A DNA stretch of 62,389 nt, filler included, from Chiloscyllium plagiosum (lineage: Eukaryota), in assembly GCF_004010195.1 (NCBI RefSeq). It is 4 parts of one record of this genome, joined end to end, with 100 filler letters (N's around TTAATTAATTAA, not from the genome) between each part and the next. Parts side by side here need not be neighbours in the genome. Positions count along the whole stretch, not along the records: positions 1 to 17,775 come from NC_057716.1; positions 17,876 to 25,592 come from NC_057716.1; 2 more parts are not named here. One strand, given 5' to 3'. This document shows positions 12,345 to 23,747 of the stretch, one piece after another (positions within the stretch are counted from its first letter, which is position 1; every line of letters starts with the position of its first letter). The notes beneath the pieces are model-generated. The model ran no database searches, was not told where the DNA came from, and saw only the letters and a program-made list of their open reading frames with translations. The position numbers were made by a program, and so were the translations under genes.

Positions 12345-13645
12345 TATGGCGTTGGAAAAGCAGACAGCATCCAAGGAGCAGGAGAATTGACTTTTCGGAC
12401 ATAAGCCCTTCATCAGGAATGAGGCTTGTGGGCTGGAAGGCTGAGAGATAAATGGGAGTGGGGTGAGGTTGGGTGGAGTGTAGTTGAGAAAGTGATAAGT
12501 AGATGAGGGTGAGGGAGAAGGTGATAAGTTGGGGGTGGTTGGAGATGGGAAAAGTGATCGACAGGTCAAGAGGGCGGTGCCGAGTTGGGGATTGGGATAA
12601 TGTGGGGGGGAAGTGAAATGAGGAAACTAGTGAAATCCACATTGATCTGTGTGGTTGCAAGTTCCCAAGGTGGAATATGAGGCATTCTTTCTCCAGGTGT
12701 CAGCTGGTAAGGGTTTGTCCAGGCAGGAGGCCCAGAAGCTGCATGTCCTTGGTGGAGTGGGAGGGGAAGTTGAAGTGTTCAGCAATGGGGTGGTGGGGTT
12801 GGTTGGTGTGGGTGTCCCAGAGATGTTCTCTGAAACGATCTGCAAGTAGTGTCCTGTCTCCCCAATGTAGAGGAGACCACATCAGTGCAATGGATACAGT
12901 AGATGACATTGGCAGAGGCGCAGGTAAATGTCTGTTGAATGTGGAAGGATCCTTTGAGGCCGTGGACGGAGGTGAAGGGGGAGGTGTGGTCACAGAATTT
13001 GAACTTCCTGTGGTGGCAGGGAAGGTCCCGGGCGTGAGATGTGGGTTGGTGGTAGGTGTGGATCTGACAAGGGAGTCAAGGATGCTGATAGGGGTGAGGA
13101 GGGAAATATATCCTTCGTGGTGGGTCTGTTTGTCGGTGGCAGAAGTGGCGGAAGATGATGCAATGTCTGCAGAGGTTGGTGGGCTGGAAGGCGAGGACCA
13201 GAGGGGTTTCTGATCTTGCTGCATTGTGAGTGATGGGGTTCAATGGCAGAGGTGCAGGAAGTGGAGGAGATGCACTGGAGGGCATCGTCGACCATGTGAG
13301 AGGGGAAATTGCGATCTTTAAAGATGGAGGCCATCTGGGATTTTCTGAGGGGGAGTTGGTCATCCTGGGAACAGATGTGGCAGAGGGGGAGGAATTGGGA
13401 ATAAGGGATGGCGTTTTTACAGAAAGCAGGGTGGGAGGAGGTGTAGTCCAGGTAGCTGTGGGTGTCGGTGGGTTTGTGGTAGGTGTATGTGGTTAGTCGG
13501 TTGTCAGAGGTGGAGATGGAGAGGTCCAGGAAAATGAGGGAGGTGTCCGAGATGGTCCAGGTGAATTTGAAGTCGGGGTGAAAGGTGTTAGTGAAGTTGA
13601 TGAACTGTTCGACCTCCTCCTGGGAGCATAAGGTGGCACCGATAC
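12345..13645 (-). mobile_element. Penelope-like element (Neptune-type): RT C-terminus, GIY-YIG relic and hammerhead tail
   Basis: Homologous to 7706-8910. ORF 12700-13224 ends LLADRFREHLWDTHTNQPHHPIAEHFN. The tail reads attcCTGATGAagggcttatgtccGAAAagtc at about 12388-12420. Confidence 0.88.
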
Positions 13646-14354
13646 CTTATGGAACTCAAATTCACCTGTAAACATGTCATAAAGAATCTTTCAGTGCTCA
13701 ACAAGATTTCAGGTCATAAGAACATGCTGAAATTAAAGCAAAACAATACTAAATAGGTGGCATTAAATGTGGAAAACCCATATCGCAAATATGATTGCAG
13801 TGCTGCAAAAGACGTTTATATCGTTGAAAACATTTTGTCATTTGAGTCTTGGTTGTGGTGGCATGGTATCATAATTTTACCGTGATCATTTTCTTTAGAA
13901 AGTGCAAAATAGTTAAAGGAAGTATTTTTGAAAAGGGCTTCATTTCTTTAATTGCAGTCGATATTCTACTCCATCAGTGGAAAACAGGCCGAGTATTTGG
14001 GGTGAAAGCCCACCAAAGTTTGTCACTAAACCAACACGACTAATTGTCAAAGAAGGACAGAGCGGTAAATTCTCCTGCAAGATAACAGGCAGACCTCATC
14101 CTCAAGTAATCTGGCTGAAGGTAAATCAAGTTTGACTCTGATATTGTACAGCACTGATTTAAACAAACTGAACTTTTTAAAAATATAAATGATTTAAACT
14201 GAGTACTGATTTAAAGTTCTGAGATCTTTGCCAAATCTGTTAACCTGTTTGTATATTCCAGAAGTTGCTTACAGTCGATTAGATACTTCTGTATATATAT
14301 CTGATTAAGTTGCCTTGAAAATCATTGTCTGTTAACCTACTGCATAACATACGG

Positions 14355-14735
14355 GATGGCACAGTGGCTCAATGGTGGGGCAACACGGTGGCTCAGTGGT
14401 TAGAACTGCTGCCTTATAGTGCCAGGGACCTGTGTTCGATTCCAGCCTTGGGCGACTGTCTGTGTGGAGTTTGCATGTTCTCCTTGTGTCTGTGTGGGTT
14501 TCCTCTGGATGCTCTGGTTTCCTCCCACAGTTCAAATATTTGCAGGTTAGGTGAATTAGCCACACTAAATTGCCTATTGTTTTTGGGGATGTGTCAGTTA
14601 GGTGCATTAGTCAAGGGTCAATATAGGATAATAGAGTAGGTGAATGGGTCTGGGTGGGTTACTCTTCGGAGAGTGGATGTGAACTTGTTGGGCCAAAGTG
14701 CCTGTTTCCACACTGTAGGGATTCTATGACTCTAT
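14355..14735 (+). mobile_element. Full-length HE1-like V-SINE with a duplicated 5' head
   Basis: GGCACAGTGGCTCAATGGT is followed by GGGGCAACACGGTGGCTCAGTGGTTAG, then B-box GTTCGATTCC, the V-domain and the CR1-type tail. Confidence 0.9.
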
Positions 14736-16635
14736 GAACTACTTTCTCCTTTATATGAGTGATACTTCATCTCCATTCCCTCCCACCCCAAATGAAGACA
14801 GGTTTTCAAAAGCTGCATCTTTCTTGCCACTGTTCCATGTCCACAGAGTCTTCCTGCCTCTGTAAAAGTATGTGCCTCAATGTTTGAAATGGGGTTCCCG
14901 CATACCAACTGGAAGGGAGATGGGATTGCTGCATTGATCATTTTTGGGAGGCCTGACATAATTTATTGCAATCAGCCATAGTGTGGTTCTTTCATTATAT
15001 TTGAAGCTGTGGCAGGGCAGAAATCCAACCTCCACCCCCCAACCCCGCAAACAAGCTGATGTCCAATCAGATTCTAGCAGCAGTGCTGCAGTAACAGCTG
15101 GGTTAACAGAACAATGATCACCACTGAGACTGCAATGGAAGCTTCACCAGGGATTGACAATGGATTTTATAGAGAGGTGAGTGAAGCAGGGAGACTGACA
15201 ATAAGAAAAGTGGGTTGAGTTCCCTCCCTTGCTGAATCCAAATCCCTTCATTGGGCACAGAGTGCCTGGTTACAAGGGCGTCCCTCATGAAGAGGACAGA
15301 CAAATTCAATGCGTTTTCCTTGGCAGTGCCCACACTGTGATAGCCTCATGGCTGCAGGTAGAATTGGTGTCAGGAAGAGGTGGGAATTGTATCACTTCCT
15401 GGATGATTGTGTGGCCCAAAGCTGCATGTCTTTAAAATCTCCTCCATTGGATGGACATGGCCTAAAGGTCTATTCTAACTTTCTAATCTTCCATCTATTC
15501 AGAATTTTAAAAATATTTTAAGATAATTAACACAATATTCCATAACTCAGTGGAAAAAGAGCATCTCATTTATTTTCATATCCACAAATGTTAATGATCC
15601 CTGATCTGAAGTAACAAAATGTGAAAATAATGACAGCTGTTCCTTTGAAAAAATTCATGAGAAGGAATTTATCGTTTATTGATTCTCTAACATATATCCC
15701 TGAGTTCTCCTCATTATATCACAAACATATGTCCTTCAGTCACAAACATAGTGAAATTAGGTTTTTTGGTTAATTTTGCAGTTTACTGCAAGTTGCACTT
15801 GTGTGCTTTCACTATGTGTAATATTCATTTGAGTTATTATTGCCATTCACAATTTCAGTCTATGTTGCCATGGGGAGACATGAGTGTAATGCATGTCTAT
15901 AGTCCTGTTTGAGTCCAACATAGCTGACCCACAGAGAGTTAACACTACAGGACTTCAGAGTTCTCTGAAATGGATGGCTGTGTATCTGACCCATTTCCTA
16001 GAAGCAATAAAAAATAGTTTGACATCCCCCGATCACACTTATTCTTCCTTTGACAAGGCTGTTCATTTGAACTCAGCAGGGGTCACTGCCAAGTTGTGTT
16101 GATGCTTTGGGTTGGTGGATTGGAGGGAGGAGGACAGGGGAGCTTTAGTTGATTAAAAAACAGACATGAGTCAGACTATTTAAAAACAAATGGGAAGCCA
16201 ACAGGCACTGAAGCCCTGTGATGGAATAATGAAGAGGGGAAGTATCACTTAAGCTAGCATGATGACTCACTCTGATGGAGTATTCAGATCAGATGTTGCT
16301 CTGAGCAGCAAGAGTATGCGTAAATAGTTTGTTCCATTTGCACTTTCCCATTGACTTCCTGTGGTATTTTGTACTTGAGGCCCTTGCCATCCACCTGTTC
16401 AAAAAACTTTTGTTGTCTCTATGGGGCATCCAGGACCTCGATGAACAGGGCAAGCAACAATGTATCTCTCACACATCTTCATTTTGATTGATTAAAATGA
16501 GCGAGTGTCAGTTTGAATATCGAATTCAGAGTCAAATCAGATACAGAAGAGAATGAAAAAAGAGAGCAAAAGGAAGTTTGGATTGAAAAATAAGAGACAG
16601 AACAAAAATGGTAAAAAATAAACAGTTTAAACTTA

Positions 16636-17400
16636 AAGGATAGACCAGATCTAAAAGTTGAAGCTCTAATTTGGACGAAGGCTAATTTTGACGGTATTAG
16701 ACAAGAACTTTTAAAAGCTGATTGAGGGCAGATGTTCGCAGGTAAAGGGATGGCTGGAAAATGGAAAGCCTTCAGAACTGAGATAACGAGAGTCCAGAGA
16801 CAGTATATTCCTGTCAGGGTGAAAGGAAAGGCTGGTAGGTATAGGGAATGCTGGATGACCAGAGAAATCGAGCGTTTGGTTAAGAAAAAGAAGGAAGCAT
16901 ATGTCAGGTATAGACAAGATAGATCGAATGAATCCTTAGAAGAGTATAAAGACATTATACAAGAGGGAAATCAGGCGGTTTTTGTGTGGAGCCACAGGAG
17001 ATGGGGAGATATTAAACGAGTATTTTGCATCAGTGTTTACTGTGGAAAAGGACGTGGAAAATATAGAATGTAGGGAAATAGATGGTGACAGCTTGAAAAA
17101 TGTCCGTACTACAGAGGAGGAAGCGCTGGATGTCTCAAAACACATAAAAAGGGGTACATCACCAGAACCTAATCAGGTGTACCATTAACTCTGTGGGAAG
17201 CTAGAGAAGTGATTGCTGGGCCCCTTGCTGAGATATTTGTATCATCGATAGTCACAGATGAGGTGCCAGAAGACTGGAGATTGGCTAACGTGGTGCCACT
17301 GTTTAAGAAGGATGGTAAAGACAAGCCAGGGAACTATAGACCAGTGAGCCTGATGTCATTGGTGGGCAAGTTGTTGGAGGGAATCCTGAGGGACAGGATG
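16636..17400 (+). mobile_element. CR1 ORF2 middle fragment
   Basis: Reads ILNEYFASVFT and VPEDWRLANVVPLFKK.GKDKPGNYRPVSL. Confidence 0.9.
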
Positions 17401-17775
17401 TAGAGAGGAACCTCGATTATCTGAATATCAATTATCCGAAAATCGGATTATCCAAAGGAGAGTTCGAAGTCCCCATAGAAAAACTACATCAAAGACGTGT
17501 TTCTAACACTGATTGCATCTTTTGTTTACAGTGATTAAACAGGCACCGTGTCCAAATGACTGACCTCCTGCCATCTCTCTCTCCCCACACCTTCTCTGGA
17601 GTTCTACAAAGGGGTGTACCCTAATCATCCCACCCATTTGCCCAGATAATCTCTCCAACATTGTCCTGTGTGGGCGGCGGTGTTGGACGGGTTTGGGGGA
17701 ATGGGGTTGGGGGTGAGGGATGGTGTTGGAGGGGGTTAGGAGGTGGGGGACAGGGTTGGGGGTGGCAGATGGGTT
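17401..17775. mobile_element. Left end of a probable Tigger/pogo-like (Tc1/mariner) non-autonomous DNA transposon; right end lost in the gap
   Basis: Starts at a TA inside the CR1: TA-GAGAGGAACCTCGATTATCTGAA. Repeated ATTATCCGAA-like subterminal motifs resemble Tigger-type terminal inverted repeats (TIRs). Confidence 0.55.
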
Positions 17776-17875
17776 NNNNNNNNNNNNNNNNNNNNNNNNN
17801 NNNNNNNNNNNNNNNNNNNTTAATTAATTAANNNNNNNNNNNNNNNNNNNNNNNNNNNNNNNNNNNNNNNNNNNN
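17776..17875. other. Assembly spacer N44-TTAATTAATTAA-N44 (also at 25593-25692 and 38006-38105)
   Basis: The identical 100-nt construct appears three times, and the 12-mer has stops in all six frames. Plain N gaps are at about 11313-11482, 21823-22702 and 23841-24552. Confidence 0.95.
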
Positions 17876-19856
17876 ATCTCCCATCACTGGGCTTCCAGCA
17901 TCAGTTTGAAGTGGCCCATTGTTTTACTTTTGCCTGTCGTTTGTTTCTTATGTATTGAAAGAAACTATTACTGTCATTTCTAATATTACTGGCTAGCCTA
18001 CCTTCATATTTGATCCTCTCCTTCCTTATTTCTCTCTTTGTTATCCTCTGTTTGTTTTTGTAGCCTTCCCAATCTTCTGATTTCCCAGTGCTCTTGGCCA
18101 CTTTATAGGATCTCTCTTTTTCTTTAATACATTTCCTGACTTTCTTTGTCAGCCATGGCTGTCTAATCCCTTCCCAGGTAGTCTTTCTTTTCTTGGGGAT
18201 GAACCTCTGTACTGTGTCCTCAATTTTACCCACAAATTCCTGCCATTTTTACTCTACTGTCTTCCCTGCTTGGCTCTGCTTCCAGTCTATTTTCGTTAGT
18301 TCCTCTCTCATGCCCTCATAATTACCTTTATTTAACTGTAACACCATTACATCCGATTTTGCCTTCTCTCTTTCAAACTGCATACTGAACTCTACCATAC
18401 TATGGTCGCTGCTTCCTAAGTGTTCCCTTACTTTAAGATTTTTTATAAAGTCTGGTTCATTACATAGCACTAGGTCCAGAATAGCCTGCTCCCTTGTGGG
18501 CTCCATGACAAGCTGTTCCAAAAAGCCACCCTGTAAGCATTCCATTAATTCCCTTTCTTTGGATCCACTGGCAACATTACTTACCCAGTCCACCTGCATA
18601 TTGAAGTCTCCCATGATCACTGTGACCTTGCCTTTCTGACATTCCTTCTCTATTTCCCGGTACATGTTGCGCCCCTGGTCCTGACCACTGTTAGGGGGTC
18701 TGTACAAAACTCCCACTATGGTGTTTTTGCCTTTGTGGTTCCTCAATTCCACCCACACAGACTCTACATCATCCAACCCTATGTCGTTCAGTGCCATAGA
18801 TTTAATTTTGTTCTTAACTAACAAGGCAACCCCGCCCCCTCTGCCCACCTCCCTGTCTTTTTGATAAGTTGAAAACCCGTGGATGTTTAACTGCCAGTCC
18901 TGACCCCCCTGTAACCATGTCTCTGTGATGCCTACCATATCATAATCACTCGCGATGATCTGTGCCATTAGTTCGTCTGCTTTGTTATGAATGCTACGAG
19001 CATTCAGGTAAAGTGCCTTAATGCTAACTTTCTTATCACTAGAGATATTGGAAGTCATAGGATGTCCTAAGTTATCCTTCCTTTTTGCCGCATTCCCAGT
19101 CTGTCTCAAGTTTAAATCTGCCTGCACAAATGCTATCCTGCAGCTTATCTTTCCATTTAACTCCATACTCCCTGTCGCTTTCACTTTCTCTTCCCCCCAA
19201 CTCAGAAGTTTAAAGTCCTACTGACCACCCTATTTATCCTCTTCGCTAGAACATTGGTACCTGATCGGTTCAGGTGGAGACCGTCCCAATGGGACAGATC
19301 CCCCCGGTTCCAAAAGTGATGCCAATGTCCCATGAAATGGAATCCCTCTTTCCCTCACCAATCCCTTAGCCACGTGTTTACTTCCCTAATTTTCTTATCC
19401 CTATGCCAATTGGCACGTGGCTCGGGCAGTAATCCGGAGATTATGACCCTTGAGGACAATATGAAATTGTTCAGGCAAAACATCTTAGTTCAGTTTCCTT
19501 ATAGCCTCCTACCATAGCACAGATGGTGCCGTGGTCAGCTGGCTCATCCTGTCCAGAGCCCTTTTCCTCATCCGTACAGGGAGCAAGAATCTCATACCTG
19601 TTGGACAAGGTCAAGGGCTGAGGCTCCTGCACTCCTGAACTCAGGTTCCCCCTACCTGCCTCACTTACAGTCACATTCTGATGTCCCTGATCACTAACTG
19701 AATGTGAATTACTTAATCTCCCAGGTGTGACTGCCTCCTGAAACAAAGTGTCCACGTAACTTTTCCCCTCCCGGATGCGCCGCAGTGTTTAAAGCTCAGA
19801 TTCCAGATCATCAACTCTGATCCGGAGTTCTTCCAGCAACCAACACTTGCTGCAGT
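17876..19856 (-). mobile_element. CR1 LINE 5' half: ORF1 relic (Cys motif, coiled coil, SGNH-esterase C-terminus) and ORF2 APE endonuclease
   Basis: ORF 18249-19184 has LYLNARSI, VGITETWL, GGGVAL, MGDFN, LDLV and SDH (APE motifs). Upstream are CSKCWLLEELRIRVDDLE and WDGLHLNRSGT, typical of CR1 ORF1. Confidence 0.92.
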
Positions 19857-20652
19857 TAAGTAGCACAGATAAGTAAATAATAGGTAAACAATGGCAAAAA
19901 TAAAAACTCAGATACATGAGAATGTTAAGAGTTTGTGAGTCCATTCAGTATTCTAACAGTAGGGTAGAAACTGTTTAGAAACCGGCTGGTGCTTGTGTTC
20001 AGACTTCTGTACCTTCTCCCCAATGGTAGAGGTTGTAGAAAAATACTGCCAGTGTGGGAAGGATCTTTGAGAATGCTGGTGACCTTTCCTTGACAGCCGG
20101 CCTGGTAGATGGATTCTGTGGATGGGAGGATGACCTTTGTGATTGGCCGAGCCGAGTTCACCACTCTCTGTAACCGTCTCCAATCTTGAATAGTACAGTT
20201 GCCATACCAGGTAGTGATACATCCAGACAGAATGCTCTCGATGGCGCACCTATAAAAGTTGGCAAGAGTATTTGCTGTCATGTCAAATTTCCTCAGCTGT
20301 CTGAGGAAGAAGAGACATTGTTGGGTCTTTGTAACCAATGAATCCACATGATGAGACAAAGAAAGCTTGTTGTGGATGCAACTTCCAGGAGCTTGACCTC
20401 TCCACTCGTTCCAGCTCTGTGCTATTAATGTGTAGGGAGGCATGAGTAACATCCCGCCAAAAGTCAATAATGAGTTCCTTGATTTTACTGGCATTGAGAG
20501 CTAGGTTGTTCTCAGTGCACCATTTTTCCAGGTTTTCCACCTTCCATCTGTACTCTGTTTCGTTGCCATCTGAGATTCAACCGACTATGGTGGCGTCATC
20601 AGCGAACTTATAAATGGCAATTGTCTGGTATTTGGCGCTGCAGTCATGGGTA

Positions 20653-21030
20653 TACAGTGAGTACAGTAGGGGGCTGAGTACATACCCCTGGGGGACTCCA
20701 GTGTTGAGTGTTAGTGAGGATGAAATATTGTCTCCAATCTTCACTGTGGGTCAGGAAACTGAGGATCCAGTTGCAGAGAGTAGGATTTAGTCCGAGATCA
20801 CTAAGGTTAGTAATCAGTCGCAAGGGATAATAGTGTTGATATTTACAGTGAGTACAGTAGGGGGCTGAGTACATACCCCTGGGGGACTCCACTGTTGAGT
20901 GTTAGTGAGGATGAAATATTGTCCCCAATCTTCACTGTGGGTCAGGAAACTGAGGATCCAGTTGCAGAGAGTAGGATTTAGTCCGAGATCACTAAGGTTA
21001 GTAATCAGTCGCAAGGGATAATAGTGTTGA
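20653..21030. repeat. 187-bp tandem duplication inside the Rex1 RT
   Basis: 20653-20839 and 20844-21030 differ at two positions that I could see, and are separated by TATT. Confidence 0.92.
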
Positions 21031-21569
21031 AGGCTGAACTGTAGTCAATGAGTAGGATTCTTACGTAGCTGTTCTTGGTATCAAGATGTTCTAGGGAGGA
21101 GTGAAGGGCAAGTGATATGGCATCTGATGTGGATCTGATGATCCGATAGTTATATTGGAGTGGGTCAAGAGTAGTGGGGAGGCTGGAGTTGATTAATGCC
21201 ATGATCAGCTTTTCAAAGCACTTCATGACCACTGAGGTTAGGGTCACTGGGTCGTTGTCATTGAGAACTGCTGCATGAGTCTTCTTAGGCACAGGGATGA
21301 TGTTGGCCCTCTTGAAACAGGCTGGGACAGGAGCCTGCTGCAAGGAGAGGTTGAAGATGTCCAAGACGACCTCTGCCAGTTGATCTGTCAATGCTCTGAG
21401 TGCATGGCCTGGTACTCGGTCTGGTTCATTGCCTCCCTTGGATTCACACGAAGGAAAACTGATCTGACCTCTGATGTAGTGACTTTTGGGATAGGTTCAT
21501 CAGGACTTGTCGGAATAGATATGACCTCTCCACCAAAATTCAGCTCAAAGCAAGCAGGGAAGTTGTTGA

Positions 21570-23104
21570 AATCAACTAGGAGAAAGTGAGGACTGCAGAT
21601 GCTGAGATCAGAGCTTAAAAGTGTGTTGCTGGAAAAGCGCAGCAGGTCAGGCAGCATCAAAGGAGCAGGAGAATCGACGTTTCGGGCATAAGCCTTTCTT
21701 CAGGAGTGAGGAGGGTGTGCCAAGCAGGCTAAGATAAAAGGTAGGGAGGAGGGACTTAGGGGAGGGGCGTGGGGAATACGATAGGTGGAAGGAGGTTAAG
21801 GTGAGGGTGATAGGCCGGAGAGNNNNNNNNNNNNNNNNNNNNNNNNNNNNNNNNNNNNNNNNNNNNNNNNNNNNNNNNNNNNNNNNNNNNNNNNNNNNNN
21901 NNNNNNNNNNNNNNNNNNNNNNNNNNNNNNNNNNNNNNNNNNNNNNNNNNNNNNNNNNNNNNNNNNNNNNNNNNNNNNNNNNNNNNNNNNNNNNNNNNNN
22001 NNNNNNNNNNNNNNNNNNNNNNNNNNNNNNNNNNNNNNNNNNNNNNNNNNNNNNNNNNNNNNNNNNNNNNNNNNNNNNNNNNNNNNNNNNNNNNNNNNNN
22101 NNNNNNNNNNNNNNNNNNNNNNNNNNNNNNNNNNNNNNNNNNNNNNNNNNNNNNNNNNNNNNNNNNNNNNNNNNNNNNNNNNNNNNNNNNNNNNNNNNNN
22201 NNNNNNNNNNNNNNNNNNNNNNNNNNNNNNNNNNNNNNNNNNNNNNNNNNNNNNNNNNNNNNNNNNNNNNNNNNNNNNNNNNNNNNNNNNNNNNNNNNNN
22301 NNNNNNNNNNNNNNNNNNNNNNNNNNNNNNNNNNNNNNNNNNNNNNNNNNNNNNNNNNNNNNNNNNNNNNNNNNNNNNNNNNNNNNNNNNNNNNNNNNNN
22401 NNNNNNNNNNNNNNNNNNNNNNNNNNNNNNNNNNNNNNNNNNNNNNNNNNNNNNNNNNNNNNNNNNNNNNNNNNNNNNNNNNNNNNNNNNNNNNNNNNNN
22501 NNNNNNNNNNNNNNNNNNNNNNNNNNNNNNNNNNNNNNNNNNNNNNNNNNNNNNNNNNNNNNNNNNNNNNNNNNNNNNNNNNNNNNNNNNNNNNNNNNNN
22601 NNNNNNNNNNNNNNNNNNNNNNNNNNNNNNNNNNNNNNNNNNNNNNNNNNNNNNNNNNNNNNNNNNNNNNNNNNNNNNNNNNNNNNNNNNNNNNNNNNNN
22701 NNATACAGTCATCGATGTAGCGGAGGAAAAGGTGGGGGGTGGTGCCAGTGTAGCTGCGGAAGATGGACTGTTCCACATATCCAACGAAGAGGCAGGCATA
22801 GCTGGGGCCCATGCGGGTGCCCATGGCCCTCCTTTGGTTTGGAGGAAGTGGGAGGATTGGAAAGAGAAGTTGTTCAGAGTGAGGACCAGTTCAGTCAGTC
22901 GAAGGAGGGTGTCAGCGGTACTGGTTGGTTTGGCGGGAAAAGAAGAACCGGAGGGCTTTGAGGCCTTCGTGATGGGAGATGGAGGTGTATAGGGACTGGA
23001 TGTCCATGGTGAAGATAAGGCTTTGGGGGCCGACGAAGCAAAAATCATGGAGGAGGTGGAGGGCATGGGTGGTGTCCCGAACGTAGGTGGGGAGTTCTTG
23101 GACT
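21570..23104 (-). mobile_element. Penelope-like element with RT core and hammerhead tail (gap in the middle), 10-bp TSD
   Basis: Reads MGTRMGPSYACLFVGYVEQ...FLRYIDD, a PLE RT. The tail has CTGAAGA..ggcttatgcccGAAAcgtc at about 21671-21706. TSD AAGTTGTTGA at 21560-21569 and 23105-23114. Confidence 0.88.
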
Positions 23105-23427
23105 AAGTTGTTGAGACAATCTGAGAGGGTTATGTCATTGTCTGCTAATTTGCACTGTCTCTTTTTAGAACTTGTGGTGTTATTCAGTCCTTTGCCATAG
23201 TTGCAGAGGTCTGTCTGGGTCTTCAGTTTGGATCAGTATTGGTCCTTGGCTGTGTTGATGGCTCTGCGAAGATCATACTTGGATTCCTTATATTTGAGTG
23301 AGTCTCCTGATCTGAAGGACTCACGCCTGGTTTTTAGCAGGTTCTTTTCAGTCCTCCACACACTTGCTGATCAACTACATGACAGTGGTGGTGTACTCGT
23401 CCAAGGTACCTGTGGAGGCAAGATCAG

Positions 23428-23745
23428 GTCATAGAGTCATAGAGTCCTCCAGCACAGAGACAGGCCCTTTGGCCCAAGCTGATCCATGCCAACCAAAATG
23501 TCCATCCACTCTAACCCCATTTCCCTGCACTTGGCCCATATCTTTCTGAAACTTTACTATCCATGAATTTGCCCAAATACCTTTTAAATGTTGTTAATGT
23601 ACCCACCTCAACCACTTCTGCTGACAGCTCATTCCACATAAGTACCACGCTCCGTGTAAAAGAAGTTGCCCCGAGGTTCCTTTTTATTCTTTCCCCCCTA
23701 ATCTTAAACTGATGCCCTCTAATCCTTGATTTGCCAATCCTCATA
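23428..23745 (-). mobile_element. CR1 3' end
   Basis: Reads RGHQFKIRGER...WNELSAEVVEVGTLTTFKRYL, with a CTATGACTCTATGAC tail. Confidence 0.85.
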
Positions 23746-23747
23746 GT

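Larger units (their letters stand above)
19857..23427 (-). mobile_element. Rex1/Babar LINE with RT and C-terminal domain, interrupted by a PLE
   Basis: Reads VPACFKRANIIPVPKK, TSVVMKCFEK, DPLQY.YR, VRILLIDYSSAFNTIIP, KFADD and FYRCAIESILSGCITTWYG. The frame rejoins as ...SDCLNNFPACFE across the PLE. Confidence 0.9.

Noticed and set aside
17820..17831. TTAATTAATTAA palindrome recurring three times
   Set aside because: Always centred in N44 flanks. It is an artificial scaffolding linker, not biology.
18249..19184. 311-aa endonuclease ORF as a host or domesticated gene
   Set aside because: It is typical CR1 ORF2 APE, with a frameshift immediately downstream and ORF1 remnants upstream.
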